A stretch of DNA of 42,165 bases from an uncultured Candidatus Saccharibacteria bacterium (GCA_964629385.1 CAZVUR010000001.1:1-42165), one strand, 5' to 3'; numbered from the stretch's first letter, positions 24,986 through 36,960 are shown. The notes: generated by a model from the sequence alone, not told the origin. Made by a program: numbers and translations.

Positions 24986-25036
24986 CTCACATTGTTTAAG
25001 AGTATCTCGTAGACAATGTGAGGCGTTTTATTTTTG
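24986..25036 (+). terminator. Intrinsic terminator of unit 5
   Basis: CTCACATTGT-17 nt-ACAATGTGAG followed by GCGTTTTATTTTT. Confidence 0.7.
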
Positions 25037-25094
25037 TTCAAAATATGGTATTATGAAGTCTCGATACATCATAAAAAATCAAAAGGAGACTTAC

Positions 25095-25295
25095 ATGGAG
25101 ATAGTTAACCTTCCACGTGCTATTGACCCTGAAACAGGACTGCCAGAAGTTGTAGGTAATGGCCGTGTTGCCGTTATCAAGCCGGGTGAAATGGTAGTAT
25201 CGCGTGTTGTTGAACTACCTGAGCCATACACAGACGACGGTAAACCCGATATGTTAAGCAAGCTTGTTGCCACCGGCAGACTCCATAATAATTAG
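25095..25295 (+). CDS. Small hypothetical protein (66 aa), native composition
   Basis: ATG lies 6 nt after AAAGGAG. The long track ORF 24714-25295 is an artefactual upstream extension through GC-rich RNA-like sequence. Confidence 0.5.
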   Translation: MEIVNLPRAIDPETGLPEVVGNGRVAVIKPGEMVVSRVVELPEPYTDDGKPDMLSKLVATGRLHNN

Positions 25296-25302
25296 AAGCC
25301 CT

Positions 25303-26244
25303 ATGTCATTCTGGCACGACTTACCACGACCTTTCTTTATATTGGCCCCAATGGAGGCCGTGACTGACGTCGTCTTCCGACATGTGGTAGAGAAAGCAGC
25401 CGCACCTGATCTATATTTTAGCGAATTCACCAATGCCACTGGGTGGGCCCATGCCGGTGATAAAGCTATTGGCATGCGCTTAGTAAAAACTGATGACGAA
25501 CAGCCTATCGTAGCCCAATTATGGGGCGCAGTTCCAGAAGATATGGCCAAATTAGCTGCTCGTAGTAAAGAGCTTGGTTTTGACGGCATTGATATTAATA
25601 TGGGTTGCCCAGATGCATCGGCCGTAAAAGCAGGCGGGGGAGCGGGCATGATTCTGACGCCAGAAAACGCAGCTAACATGATTGCCGCCGCAAAAAGGTC
25701 TGGATTACCAGTTAGCGTAAAAACACGGCTTGGTTATAGCCGGGTTGATGAATGGAAAGATTGGTTAACCCATATTCTAAAGCAAGATATTGAAAACCTG
25801 ACGATTCACTTGCGTACCAAAAAAGAAATGAGCAAAGTTGAAGCTCATTTTGAACTAATTGACGATATAAAGCAATTACGAGACGAAATCGCTCCCGAGA
25901 CACTACTGACGATTAACGGCGATATCCGCGATAGAGCTCATGGGCTAGAATTAGCAGAAAAGCACGGCGTTGACGGTGTCATGATTGGTCGCGGCATTTT
26001 TGCTAATCCATTTGCGTTCGAACATGAACAGCGTATACACAGCAGGGAAGAATTGCTTGGCTTGTTACGCCTTCAGCTTGATTTGCATGATACATGGAAT
26101 ACAGCAGAACGGCCACGTAAATACGACCCCCTAAAGCGTTTTTTCAAAATTTACGTACGTGACTTTGAAGGCGCGGCAGAACTGCGTGACAAATTAATGC
26201 ACACTAAGAACACCAACGAGGTCCGACAGCTCATTGATTTATAG
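25303..26244 (+). CDS. dus: tRNA-dihydrouridine synthase
   Basis: [20 protein letters not shown] and GDI...GVMIGRG motifs. The start is chosen at MSFWHDL (the track ORF begins at 25264). Confidence 0.85.
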   Translation: MSFWHDLPRPFFILAPMEAVTDVVFRHVVEKAAAPDLYFSEFTNATGWAHAGDKAIGMRLVKTDDEQPIVAQLWGAVPEDMAKLAARSKELGFDGIDINMGCPDASAVKAGGGAGMILTPENAANMIAAAKRSGLPVSVKTRLGYSRVDEWKDWLTHILKQDIENLTIHLRTKKEMSKVEAHFELIDDIKQLRDEIAPETLLTINGDIRDRAHGLELAEKHGVDGVMIGRGIFANPFAFEHEQRIHSREELLGLLRLQLDLHDTWNTAERPRKYDPLKRFFKIYVRDFEGAAELRDKLMHTKNTNEVRQLIDL

Positions 26245-26270
26245 TTAGTTTTATAGTATAATATAAATTA

Positions 26271-27158
26271 ATGGCTACACACGATAATTTTGTTGAATCA
26301 CCAAAGCTTATATACGGATCAATCGAAGGCGTAAGTCTTACCAAGCAGATTGATTCGCTTGATGTCGGGGAGACACTCTTGTTTCGAAGTTCACCAAACG
26401 CCCCAGAACCTCCTGAAATGGAAGTAACCTATCAAGAAAATCCTGACTATCAAAAGGGGAGGGGAAATTCTGTAATGGGCGTAGCGTTTGCTGACATGCA
26501 ACTAGGTGAGTTCAGCCAGCCTGTCGCACTTAAAAAACTTGGACCAGCCTGGAAAATAAGCGAAGAAATTAGATTAGCTACCAAGCTTAACTCAATAGGT
26601 GCAGATGGTTACAATGTTTCTAGTAATCCTGTAACCTTCGTGCCGATCGGAGCCTATCGGAGTACCGATGGTAAGTTGGGTGTACTGACTCGTTTTGAGC
26701 AGGCAGTCGTAAGTTTTGATAATACATTTTGGAATCAACAAGAACCGCCGACTGAACAGCGGATTGAATATGGCATGGCAAGCGCCGCTGCCGTAGCGAT
26801 TTTCCTTCATTCAGAAGGATACGCACACGGCGACCTGCAGGTAAAAAATACTGCCGCCGATACCATTGGGTCGCGTGTTATAGATATTAGCTCAATGAAA
26901 GCACGGAATAAATCACATCCCGAATACGTACCTAGCTATGTCGAAGATATTGCTGATTACATACGATCGCTAAAGGTGGATCAGCCAGAGCCAGACAATG
27001 GCGTGACAGCAGAGCATGTGCGTGAATTCTTTCTTGAGCCATACACTGACTGTATTGAAGATATATTTCCTTATGAAATTGCGCATATCATAGGGAATTA
27101 CATCAAATCACTTGATATCGAATCCCTTCTTAGAAGTAGACTCTTTACCAAACGATAA
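26271..27158 (+). CDS. Hypothetical protein with a protein-kinase-like catalytic loop
   Basis: HGDLQVKN followed by VIDIS resembles the HxDxxxxN/DxG core of Kdo/RIO/APH-type kinases. No Gly-rich loop was recognised. Confidence 0.4.
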   Translation: MATHDNFVESPKLIYGSIEGVSLTKQIDSLDVGETLLFRSSPNAPEPPEMEVTYQENPDYQKGRGNSVMGVAFADMQLGEFSQPVALKKLGPAWKISEEIRLATKLNSIGADGYNVSSNPVTFVPIGAYRSTDGKLGVLTRFEQAVVSFDNTFWNQQEPPTEQRIEYGMASAAAVAIFLHSEGYAHGDLQVKNTAADTIGSRVIDISSMKARNKSHPEYVPSYVEDIADYIRSLKVDQPEPDNGVTAEHVREFFLEPYTDCIEDIFPYEIAHIIGNYIKSLDIESLLRSRLFTKR

Positions 27159-27166
27159 CATCATCT

Positions 27167-27589
27167 TTAGCGGCGCTGACGACGGCGAAGACCAGCTACG
27201 TTAAGTCGAACCTGGTGGCGGTCAACCAACTGCGTAGCTTTTTCAAGCTCAATCGCGCTTTTAGCGTTCTTTTGCATGTCAAGCGCCTTGGCAAGGGCAG
27301 CTTTACTCTCGGCTTCTACAATGTCGTCGCCATGATCGGCTTCGTCCACAAGCACGCGCACGCGTGAACCTGTAATTTCGATTACACCACCAGATATCGC
27401 AAAGTATTCAATGTGGTTATCACTATCGCCTTTTTTATGCCGAACACCAATTGCGCCAGGTATAGCAACACTAACCAATGGCTCATGCCCTGGGAATACG
27501 GCAATCGGCCCAGCTGCGGTTGGCAGCATTACTTCGTAGACGTCTTGATCTACTTTAATGCCGGCGAGTGTTACGAGTTCAAGCTTCAC
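27167..27589 (-). CDS. atpC: F1 ATP synthase epsilon subunit
   Basis: Position after atpD and typical epsilon N-terminal beta-sandwich sequence. Confidence 0.85.
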   Translation of the reverse strand: MKLELVTLAGIKVDQDVYEVMLPTAAGPIAVFPGHEPLVSVAIPGAIGVRHKKGDSDNHIEYFAISGGVIEITGSRVRVLVDEADHGDDIVEAESKAALAKALDMQKNAKSAIELEKATQLVDRHQVRLNVAGLRRRQRR

Positions 27590-27596
27590 GGATATA

Positions 27597-29187
<1,591 letters not shown>

Positions 29188-29191
<4 letters not shown>

Positions 29192-30054
29192 TTCATTGCC
29201 TCCGCGCCGCCACTAATTTCGGCTAGTTCCTGCGTAATTGCCGACTGACGTGCCTTATTCATGGCAAGCGTTAGGTCATCAATCAAATCACTGGCGTTAT
29301 CGGTAGCATTCTTCATGGCAATCATTCGCATGCTATGCTCTGAAGCCCTCGCATCTAGGAATGCCTGGAATAGCTGCGCATTCACCAAACGGTACACTAC
29401 GCTTGTAAGCACGGTTTCGGCATCTGGCTCGAATAATGCTTCGTGTAGCTCATCATTTTCTGGTGTCTCTACACTACCAGCCGGCAGGAGCCGCTCCGTT
29501 TTAGCAACCTGCGAAATACTACTCACGAAGTCGGTGTACACCATGTCTACGGCATCTACTTCGCCTTCGGTAAACAGCTTATAAGCACTATCCAGAGCTG
29601 CTCGCAGTTCATGGCCCTCTAATTGGTCTGGTAAGTCGTCATACGCGCCGACTAATTCAGCATCTTTAAGGCGAGTGGCGAATGCAGTTACTTTACGGCC
29701 TATAGCTATCGTCTTGGTTTTAATACCAGCCTTGTCGTCTGCCATAAGTTCGCGAATGTACTGCTTGGAAACATTGGTGTTATACGCACCGGCTAAGCCT
29801 TTGTCGCTTGCTACTACAATCAGTAGGCGATTCTTGACTGTGCGTTCTTCGAACAGTGGGTGATCTTTGGTCTCACCTTGCTTGGCAAGATTAGCTAGGA
29901 TTTCACGAGCAGTTTGCGTATAGGGAGTAGTTAGCTTGGTAGCCTCCTGTGCACGACGCATCTTGCTAGCCGCCACCATTTGCATAGCCTTAGTAATCTG
30001 CTTGGTATTTTTTACCGAGCGAATACGAGATTTTAATTGTCGCTGACTGGGCAT
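29188..30054 (-). CDS. atpG: F1 ATP synthase gamma subunit
   Basis: N-terminus LKSRIRSVKNTKQITKAMQMVAASKMRRAQ and C-terminus ITQELAEISGGAEA. Confidence 0.95.
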
Positions 30055-31589
30055 TACCCCTCAAAACCTTTCGCGGCAGACTTTGCAGTCTTTTCAATTA
30101 ATTTGGCAACAGGTGAATCTTTTTCAACTTTATCGCCACCCTTGTTGAGTTCCTGCATTTCCTTTTTGTGGTCAGTCCAGAGTTTGGTGAGTAGTGCCAT
30201 CTGGGCGTCCTTAATTTTGTTCACAGGAACAGCATCAAATGCACCCGCATCAACCGCGTAGATTGACGCGCATTGTTCCCAAATACTCATTGGCTGGTAT
30301 TGTGGCTGCTTCAGTAGCTCAGTAAGGCGCTGACCGCGGTCGATTTGGCTCTTTGTAGCCTCGTCAAGGTCGCTGCCAAACTGAGCGAAGCTAGCAAGTT
30401 CACGGAACTGTGAAAGGCCAAGCTTTAGGTGGCCAGAAACAGATTTAACGGCTTTAGTCTGAGCGTCACCACCCACACGACTCACCGATAGACCGGCAGA
30501 AATTGCTGGACGAATACCCTGGTTAAATAAGTCGGTTTCCATGAAAATCTGACCGTCGGTGATTGAAATCACGTTGGTTGGAATGTACGCACTAATGTCA
30601 CCAGCTTGAGTTTCAATAATCGGCAGGGCAGTCAGTGAACCAGCGCCTAAATCATCAGATAGTTTAGCCGAACGCTCGAGTAGGCGAGAGTGTAGGTAGA
30701 ACACGTCACCTGGGAAAGCTTCACGTCCTGGTGGGCGACGAAGGAGTAGTGACATTTGACGGTAGGCAACGGCGTGCTTGGTCAGGTCGTCGTAAATCAT
30801 TAGCGCGTGGCCGCCCTTGTCGCGGAAGTATTCACCCATAGCAGTACCGGCATATGGCGCAAGGTAAAGCATAGATGCAGGGTCAGACGGGCCAGTTGCA
30901 ACCACAATAGTTTGCTCCATCACGCCTTCTTGCTTCAATCGCTCAACAAGTGCTGCAATCTTAGAAAGCTTTTGGCCGACGGCAACGTAAATGTTAATGA
31001 TGTCAGACTTGTTACGAGCCTGGTTAATCATAGTGTCGATAGCTACGGCTGTTTTACCAGTTTGGCGGTCGCCAATAATCAGCTCACGCTGGCCACGACC
31101 AATAGGGAACATAGCATCGATTGCCATAATACCGGTCATCATAGGTTCGTGAACGTGCTTACGGCCCATCACGCCGATTGCTTCGCGTTCTACCGGGTTA
31201 GTCGCCTTAGCTTTGATAGCTGGGCCACCATCTAACGGCCGTCCAAGTGGGTCAACCACTCGGCCTAATAATTCTTCGCCCACAGGAACGGTCAGGATTT
31301 CGCCCTTCAAACGCACTGTGTCGCCAGCGGCAACCTTGCTGTCATCACCAAGGATAACCGCACCAATTTCATCTTCCATTAAGTTCAAAGCAAATGCTTC
31401 AACCACACCGTTTTTGGTGTCGATTTGAAGTACTTCGCTATAACCAGCATCAGCTAGGCCGTGCACCCATGCCACGCCGTCACCAACGCGAATAACTACA
31501 CCAGCTGATTGTAGCCCTTCATTCTGTTCCAGCCCGGCAATAGCAGCCTGGAGGTCTTTTGATAATTCTGCAACTTGTAAATCTGCCAT
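30054..31589 (-). CDS. atpA: F1 ATP synthase alpha subunit
   Basis: GDRQTGKT Walker A and overall alpha-subunit collinearity. Confidence 0.95.
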   Translation of the reverse strand: MADLQVAELSKDLQAAIAGLEQNEGLQSAGVVIRVGDGVAWVHGLADAGYSEVLQIDTKNGVVEAFALNLMEDEIGAVILGDDSKVAAGDTVRLKGEILTVPVGEELLGRVVDPLGRPLDGGPAIKAKATNPVEREAIGVMGRKHVHEPMMTGIMAIDAMFPIGRGQRELIIGDRQTGKTAVAIDTMINQARNKSDIINIYVAVGQKLSKIAALVERLKQEGVMEQTIVVATGPSDPASMLYLAPYAGTAMGEYFRDKGGHALMIYDDLTKHAVAYRQMSLLLRRPPGREAFPGDVFYLHSRLLERSAKLSDDLGAGSLTALPIIETQAGDISAYIPTNVISITDGQIFMETDLFNQGIRPAISAGLSVSRVGGDAQTKAVKSVSGHLKLGLSQFRELASFAQFGSDLDEATKSQIDRGQRLTELLKQPQYQPMSIWEQCASIYAVDAGAFDAVPVNKIKDAQMALLTKLWTDHKKEMQELNKGGDKVEKDSPVAKLIEKTAKSAAKGFEG

Positions 31590-31601
31590 ATCTCGGGTCT
31601 C

Positions 31602-31991
31602 CTATACCGTTAATTGTTCTAATTTAGCTTTCACACTCGCGTCTAATTGGTGGCCAGGGAGTTCTAAACGTATGCCGCCAATTAGAGTTTCGTCAACTTG
31701 CTCGCGCAGCACTACATTCTTTACATGCGCATTCTGCTGCTTAACAAATGATTCAATTGCTTCAAGCGCCGATGAGCTGAGCGGGCGCGCTGAAATAACC
31801 GTACCGATTGCCGTGCCAGCATCTACTAGCATAGCTTCAATATCACGTACTATCAGGCTAGCTTCTTTTTTGCGATTCGTATCAATTAAGTAAGCCGCAA
31901 GCTCTTGAAGCACCGTTTTCTTGCTCTCACCGCTGCTCAAGCGAGCAGCTGCATTACCAGCTAGTTTACGACGTGAAAGCTTAGTAGCCAT
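31602..31991 (-). CDS. atpH: F1 ATP synthase delta subunit (short, 129 aa)
   Basis: Operon position between atpF and atpA. C-terminus LIGGIRLELPGHQLDASVKAKL. Confidence 0.75.
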   Translation of the reverse strand: MATKLSRRKLAGNAAARLSSGESKKTVLQELAAYLIDTNRKKEASLIVRDIEAMLVDAGTAIGTVISARPLSSSALEAIESFVKQQNAHVKNVVLREQVDETLIGGIRLELPGHQLDASVKAKLEQLTV

Positions 31992-31993
31992 AG

Positions 31994-32533
31994 TTACTGC
32001 TTAGCTCCTTCAACAGACTTTTTAACCAAAGCTGTATCAAGCTTTTCATCGGCTACACCAGCTACGGCTAGGCCAGCAGCTTTTTTAACTAAGTTAATAG
32101 TGTCTTTTTCGAGCGCCTTACGGGCAGCCAATACATCTTTTTGAATATCCTCTTGAGCCTCGGCAACAATGCGTTCTGAACGAGTCTTCGCCTGAGCTTC
32201 GGCCTTTTCTACCATTTGGGTAGCTTCGGTTTTAGCAGTTGCTACAATATCAGTCGCTTCCTTACGAGCTTTTTTGAGCGTATCCTCAATCTTCGCTTCA
32301 GCCGCCTCAGCTTTCTTTTCGGCATCTTCGGCAGCCTTACCGGCTTCTTCGATTTTGGCTTGGCGTTCATCAACAGACTTCATAAGAATAGGGAAGACGT
32401 ATTTACCCATGATAAATACCAGTATCAAAAAGGCTATCGCTTGAAAAATCAGCATTTTAAGGTCAATACCAAGCGAACCAAATATATCACCTGATTCAGC
32501 TGTTTCAGCAAAATTGTAGAGATTGTAAAACAT
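31994..32533 (-). CDS. atpF: Fo ATP synthase subunit b
   Basis: A single N-terminal TM helix followed by a long charged helix. Operon position. Confidence 0.85.
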   Translation of the reverse strand: MFYNLYNFAETAESGDIFGSLGIDLKMLIFQAIAFLILVFIMGKYVFPILMKSVDERQAKIEEAGKAAEDAEKKAEAAEAKIEDTLKKARKEATDIVATAKTEATQMVEKAEAQAKTRSERIVAEAQEDIQKDVLAARKALEKDTINLVKKAAGLAVAGVADEKLDTALVKKSVEGAKQ

Positions 32534-32548
32534 AATCCCCTATATAAC

Positions 32549-32764
32549 CTAGCTTACTGATTTAGCAATGAAGGCAACCACGATACCGATAATTGCCAAT
32601 GAGTCGGCAAACACAATCGCGGTAATCATCAATGTACGGATTTGACCAAGCTGCTCTGGGTTACGACCAAACGCACCAAGTGCGCCACCACCAATTACTC
32701 CAATACCAACTGCTGCACCAAGTGCTGGCAGGGCATACGCAAGTACAAATGCTAGTTGTTCCAT
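32549..32764 (-). CDS. atpE: Fo ATP synthase subunit c
   Basis: 71-aa two-helix proteolipid with a GRNPE loop and a conserved carboxylate-containing helix 2. Confidence 0.9.
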   Translation of the reverse strand: MEQLAFVLAYALPALGAAVGIGVIGGGALGAFGRNPEQLGQIRTLMITAIVFADSLAIIGIVVAFIAKSVS

Positions 32765-32808
32765 TTAATTATTACTCCTTAAATTATTACCTATATTATA
32801 CCATCCGG

Positions 32809-33621
32809 CTATTCGTGCTGGGTAACCAGTTTAGATGTAGCAGGAGAGTGGTCGGGGGAATCGTGATTGCCATGGCTTTCAATTGCCAGGCTGGTGAAAA
32901 TAACGGTGAGGATAAAGAATACGTACGCCTGAACAAAACCAATGAATAACTCGAAGGCCATAAAGAATGGCAGAGCCAAAACTGAGATATAGCTGGTAAG
33001 TACAGTAATAATAATGAGCAGGATTTCACCGGCAAAACAGTTACCGAACATTCGGACACTCAGCGCGGCGTAGCGTGAAAACTCACCAATGAACTCCAAA
33101 ATACCTTCAAATGATCCAATCGGGTCTTTAATTGGGTTACGCAAGTAGCGCTTTGCATTGCCGATTACGCCATGAGCTTTTAATGCATATATTTGTACCG
33201 TGATGAATACGATAATCGACACCGCAAACGTAAAGTTTAAATCGGCCGCAATCGAACGAAGAACCGGCACGTCGTTATACTTTACCGAATCAAGTCCAGG
33301 CAATACACTCATCCAGTAGCTAAACATCATGTAAAAGAAAATGGTGAGCGCCAGCGGAGCAATTTTACGAGCTATCTTTTTATCAGGAATAATGCCATCT
33401 ATTTGGCCAAGCATGCCTTCGAACGCCCACTGAATCAACCCAACAAACCGGTTATAGCGGCATTTTTTTACCATACTCGTTACATACCAAAAGATTCCAA
33501 GCATGATGGCCAGGCTAAGAGCACCGGTAAGAAGCGCATTGGTAATAGGGAAACCAAGCAAGTCAAACAGCTGTTGTGAGCCGACACTGATTTCGATTCC
33601 GCTGGCAAAATTAGTTAGCAT
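32809..33621 (-). CDS. atpB: Fo ATP synthase subunit a
   Basis: Polytopic protein with LSVRMFGN (conserved Arg). Operon position. Confidence 0.9.
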   Translation of the reverse strand: MLTNFASGIEISVGSQQLFDLLGFPITNALLTGALSLAIMLGIFWYVTSMVKKCRYNRFVGLIQWAFEGMLGQIDGIIPDKKIARKIAPLALTIFFYMMFSYWMSVLPGLDSVKYNDVPVLRSIAADLNFTFAVSIIVFITVQIYALKAHGVIGNAKRYLRNPIKDPIGSFEGILEFIGEFSRYAALSVRMFGNCFAGEILLIIITVLTSYISVLALPFFMAFELFIGFVQAYVFFILTVIFTSLAIESHGNHDSPDHSPATSKLVTQHE

Positions 33622-33924
33622 TTACGATTCTTCTTTCAATTTCTGAAATTGTTGTTTCATTAGTACAACCGTGATAGCTATGCCTATCGTTAACCCGCCT
33701 ATGCCAAACCATGGTGCTGTATCGGTCATATGATCGATCCATAACCCCAGGCTGACCCCTCCAAGCGTTGGAACGAACATGCGCCATGTCGTGTCGGCAA
33801 TAGTGCCGAGCAATAAAACGACCGGCGAGCGATCCGGCGGTGGGACGGGAGTATCGTGCTTATCAGACGATGTACTCATCTGACTTAAATTATACCATCT
33901 TTGGTTATTGCTTGAAAAGCGCAA
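33622..33924 (-). CDS. AtpZ/AtpI-like small membrane protein of the ATP synthase operon
   Basis: Two TM helices with GTIADTTWRMF...GLWID, immediately upstream of atpB. The real start may be the internal MSTSS. Confidence 0.6.
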   Translation of the reverse strand: MRFSSNNQRWYNLSQMSTSSDKHDTPVPPPDRSPVVLLLGTIADTTWRMFVPTLGGVSLGLWIDHMTDTAPWFGIGGLTIGIAITVVLMKQQFQKLKEES

Positions 33925-33936
33925 TATTTTGGCTGG

Positions 33937-36837
33937 CTAATAAATTAGGAAGCCGGAACCAGTGCCACTCGTTGTTGCGGGTACCTGCAAAATAGGCCAA
34001 GGTGTGGGGTAAGTGGGGTTACCTTCGCCTGAAATCTGATAATAATCATTTTTACCCCAACAGTAGCCCCTGTTATCGGAGGCAATAGCACATGTGGTGT
34101 ACCTGCTTGCAGAAATACTCTTATACGTACCGCCTGCAGGCACGGCACCTTGGTTAACAAGTACGGCAGTACGACGCGTTGTTACCGTATTATCTCCAAG
34201 TTGGTTTACGTCATTTAAACCCCAACAATAGGCCTTATCTTCAGAACTGATTGTGCAGGTGTAGCTTATACCTAAAGTAATGCTTTTATAGGTGGCACCA
34301 ACAGGCATAGCACCACGCACAACGGCTACAGGTATGGTGCGTGTTGTGGTCGTGTTATCACCTAGCTGGCCGCTACCATTATTACCCCAACAATACGCTT
34401 TATCATTGGAACCAATAGCGCAGGTATGATTATTGCCAGTTGCGATGCTCTTGAAGGTCACGCCGGCGGGTATAGCGCCTTGCACAACTGCCACTGGGGC
34501 AGGATTAGTGTTTAAATAGGTAGTGTTGCCACCTTCGCCAAAGGTATTGTCGCCCCAGCAGTAGGCTTTGTTGTCGGAGCCAATTGCGCAGGTATTAATA
34601 CCGCCTGCAGAAATACTTTTGAAGGTTACACCGGCTGGCATGTCACCTTGGGCAACGGCTACAGGTGTCAGTTCTGGTGGCGCAAATATACTGCCATTAT
34701 TTCCTAGTTGTCCATTACTGTTATTACCCCAACAATAGGCTTTGTCGTTTGAGCCAATAGCGCAGGTATGACTACCCCCTGCAGAAATACTTTTGAATGT
34801 TACACCGGCTGGCATGGCACCTTGCGCAACGGCGGTAGGCGTAGGCTGGCTAGTGGTTGTGTTATCTCCCAGGACCCCGTAGCTGTTATATCCCCAGCAA
34901 TACGCTTTGTCGTTAGAGCCAATGCCGCAGGTATGATTACCGGTAGCAGACGTGCTAACTGACTTAAACGTCACGCCGGCCGGCATGGCGCCTTGCACAA
35001 CCGGGAATGGAGTGGCTGACGGACCTGAAACACCAGAGGTAGATATGCCGTTTCCAAGATAGCCGCCTTGATTACTACCCCAACAATAGGCTTTATTATC
35101 CGAAACTGTGGCACATGATTGAGTACTGCCCGCAGAAATACTAGTGAGCGTTACACTAGTTGGAATAACACCAGTAGGAACCGTAACTGGAACTGATCGA
35201 CTAGGCGTCATAGCACCATCGCCGAGCTGCGCGCTATCGTCTGCACCCCAGCAATAAATGTTAGAATCACTACCAAGAACGCAAGTATGGCTATAGCCAG
35301 CCTTAATGCTATCAAATGTTACTCCCGCGGGTATGCTTCCTTGGCTAGTAGCTACTGGAGTTAGGCGCTGCGTTTGAGTGCTGTCGCCTAGCTGCCCGTA
35401 AGTATTATCGCCCCAGCAATATAGCATGTTATTGGAGCCAATGCCGCAACTATGTAACTGGCCAGCCGCGATACCCTTAAAGGTAGAACCGGCTGGCATG
35501 GCACCTTGAGCAACTGCAACAGGAGTGAGGCGTTGGGTAGTCGTATTATCGCCCAGCTGCCCAGAAGAATTACTACCCCAGCAATAGGCTTTGTCGTTAG
35601 ATCCAATACCGCAGGTATGATACGAATTTGTGGTAATACTTTTGAAGGTAGTGCCGGCTGGCATGGCTCCTTGAGCGACCGCAACGGGGGTATAGGCCGT
35701 TCCAGTGCTATTATTTCCGAGCTGCCCATTACTGTTAAAACCCCAGCAGTAGGCTTTGTCGTTAGAGCCAATACCGCAGACATAGCCGTTTTCTGCAGCA
35801 GCTATACTTTTGAACGTAGAACCAATTGGCATGGCTCCCCTAGAAACAGCTACGGGTGTATAGCTGGCAGTTGTTGTATTATTACCAAACTGCGCATAGG
35901 TATTATCGCCCCAGCAATAGGCTTTGTCGTTTGAGCCAAGTGCGCAGGTAAAGCTGCTACCAACCGAGATACTTTTGAACGTTACACCGGCTGGGATGGC
36001 ACCTTGGGCGACAGCCACTGGCGTACTGCTGGTAGTAGTAGTGCCATCACCCAGCTGCCCAGAAGAATTACTACCCCAGCAATAGGCTTTGTTGTCGGAG
36101 CCAATAAGACAAGCATGTGAACCACCTATTGAAATGCTGCTAGCCGTTACGTCAGCTGGCATTGCGCCCCTAGAAACAGCAACAGGGATAAGCGATTTAG
36201 CTATGGTGTTGTCAAATTTAGCCGCACCCCAACAATAAACGTTATTTGTTAAATCGAGTGCACAAGTACCATAGTAACCTGCGCTTAATGACCCGGCTTT
36301 GAATGTCATCCAAGCCGAACTCGAACCCGAAATACTTATGCTAACTTTAACAGACGAATTCGTTTGCATTACCACGTCACCGCTCGTCGTTCGCACCTGC
36401 CGTACGATGCCTTGTGAATTAAAATCTGTCGGCGTGCCGCCGCTATCACTGACTATTCCAACACTAAACGCTGTTCTATAATTTCCACTCTTTAATACAT
36501 AGCATGCTACATCAGTGCTTGATGAAGGACAGCTGATGTTTTCAGTCCCCGTACAATCGGTGTTAGGTTTGAGGGGTTTTGCATCCGTCCATGTAATGCT
36601 TCCACCGTTCTTTTTCATACACGCATTAGCCATAGCAATTCCAGACTTAGCAGCGGAGCGGCCGATTTGGTCAACGTATTGGTTGCGAATACCAGCAGAG
36701 ATGGAGCTAACGCCAGTCAGGGCAGCGAGCAGTACGACCATCATGACGACGGAGGCAACAAGAACAGTGGGTAAAGCAAAGCCTTCTGACTTTGTTTTAC
36801 CCTTATAACGATGTGCTACTTGTCTTGTCCAACCCAT
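33937..36837 (-). CDS. Pilin-like (prepilin-type N-terminus) surface protein with ~14 RCC1-like beta-propeller repeats (966 aa)
   Basis: N-terminal KSEGFALPTVLVASVVMMVVLLAAL resembles a class III signal/minor pilin lacking E5. There are 14 YCWG motifs spaced ~52-56 aa apart (GSNDKAYCWGxNxxGQLG...TPVAV). Confidence 0.75.
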   Translation of the reverse strand: MGWTRQVAHRYKGKTKSEGFALPTVLVASVVMMVVLLAALTGVSSISAGIRNQYVDQIGRSAAKSGIAMANACMKKNGGSITWTDAKPLKPNTDCTGTENISCPSSSTDVACYVLKSGNYRTAFSVGIVSDSGGTPTDFNSQGIVRQVRTTSGDVVMQTNSSVKVSISISGSSSAWMTFKAGSLSAGYYGTCALDLTNNVYCWGAAKFDNTIAKSLIPVAVSRGAMPADVTASSISIGGSHACLIGSDNKAYCWGSNSSGQLGDGTTTTSSTPVAVAQGAIPAGVTFKSISVGSSFTCALGSNDKAYCWGDNTYAQFGNNTTTASYTPVAVSRGAMPIGSTFKSIAAAENGYVCGIGSNDKAYCWGFNSNGQLGNNSTGTAYTPVAVAQGAMPAGTTFKSITTNSYHTCGIGSNDKAYCWGSNSSGQLGDNTTTQRLTPVAVAQGAMPAGSTFKGIAAGQLHSCGIGSNNMLYCWGDNTYGQLGDSTQTQRLTPVATSQGSIPAGVTFDSIKAGYSHTCVLGSDSNIYCWGADDSAQLGDGAMTPSRSVPVTVPTGVIPTSVTLTSISAGSTQSCATVSDNKAYCWGSNQGGYLGNGISTSGVSGPSATPFPVVQGAMPAGVTFKSVSTSATGNHTCGIGSNDKAYCWGYNSYGVLGDNTTTSQPTPTAVAQGAMPAGVTFKSISAGGSHTCAIGSNDKAYCWGNNSNGQLGNNGSIFAPPELTPVAVAQGDMPAGVTFKSISAGGINTCAIGSDNKAYCWGDNTFGEGGNTTYLNTNPAPVAVVQGAIPAGVTFKSIATGNNHTCAIGSNDKAYCWGNNGSGQLGDNTTTTRTIPVAVVRGAMPVGATYKSITLGISYTCTISSEDKAYCWGLNDVNQLGDNTVTTRRTAVLVNQGAVPAGGTYKSISASRYTTCAIASDNRGYCWGKNDYYQISGEGNPTYPTPWPILQVPATTSGTGSGFLIY

Positions 36838-36960
36838 ACATGCTTTCGAACGACATTTTTATTACTTATGGTAATAATAGCACCGCACATGGTATATGCC
36901 TAGTAGAAAATTTAGTGTATAATGTATAGTAACGAACTAAATCAAAGGGGAATAAAAGCA

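Noticed and set aside
23669-25295. Track ORFs across units 4 and 5: 23669-24136(-), 23758-24096(-), 23790 extension, 23824-24075, 24057-24257(-), 24082-24369, 24363-24647(-), 24596-24868(-), 24689-24880 and 24714-25295.
   Set aside because: There are no RBS sequences, and the Arg/Cys/Ser-rich translations look non-coding. They overlap a tRNA, terminators and long helices. Only 24090-24239 and 25095-25295 have SD-plus-ATG context.
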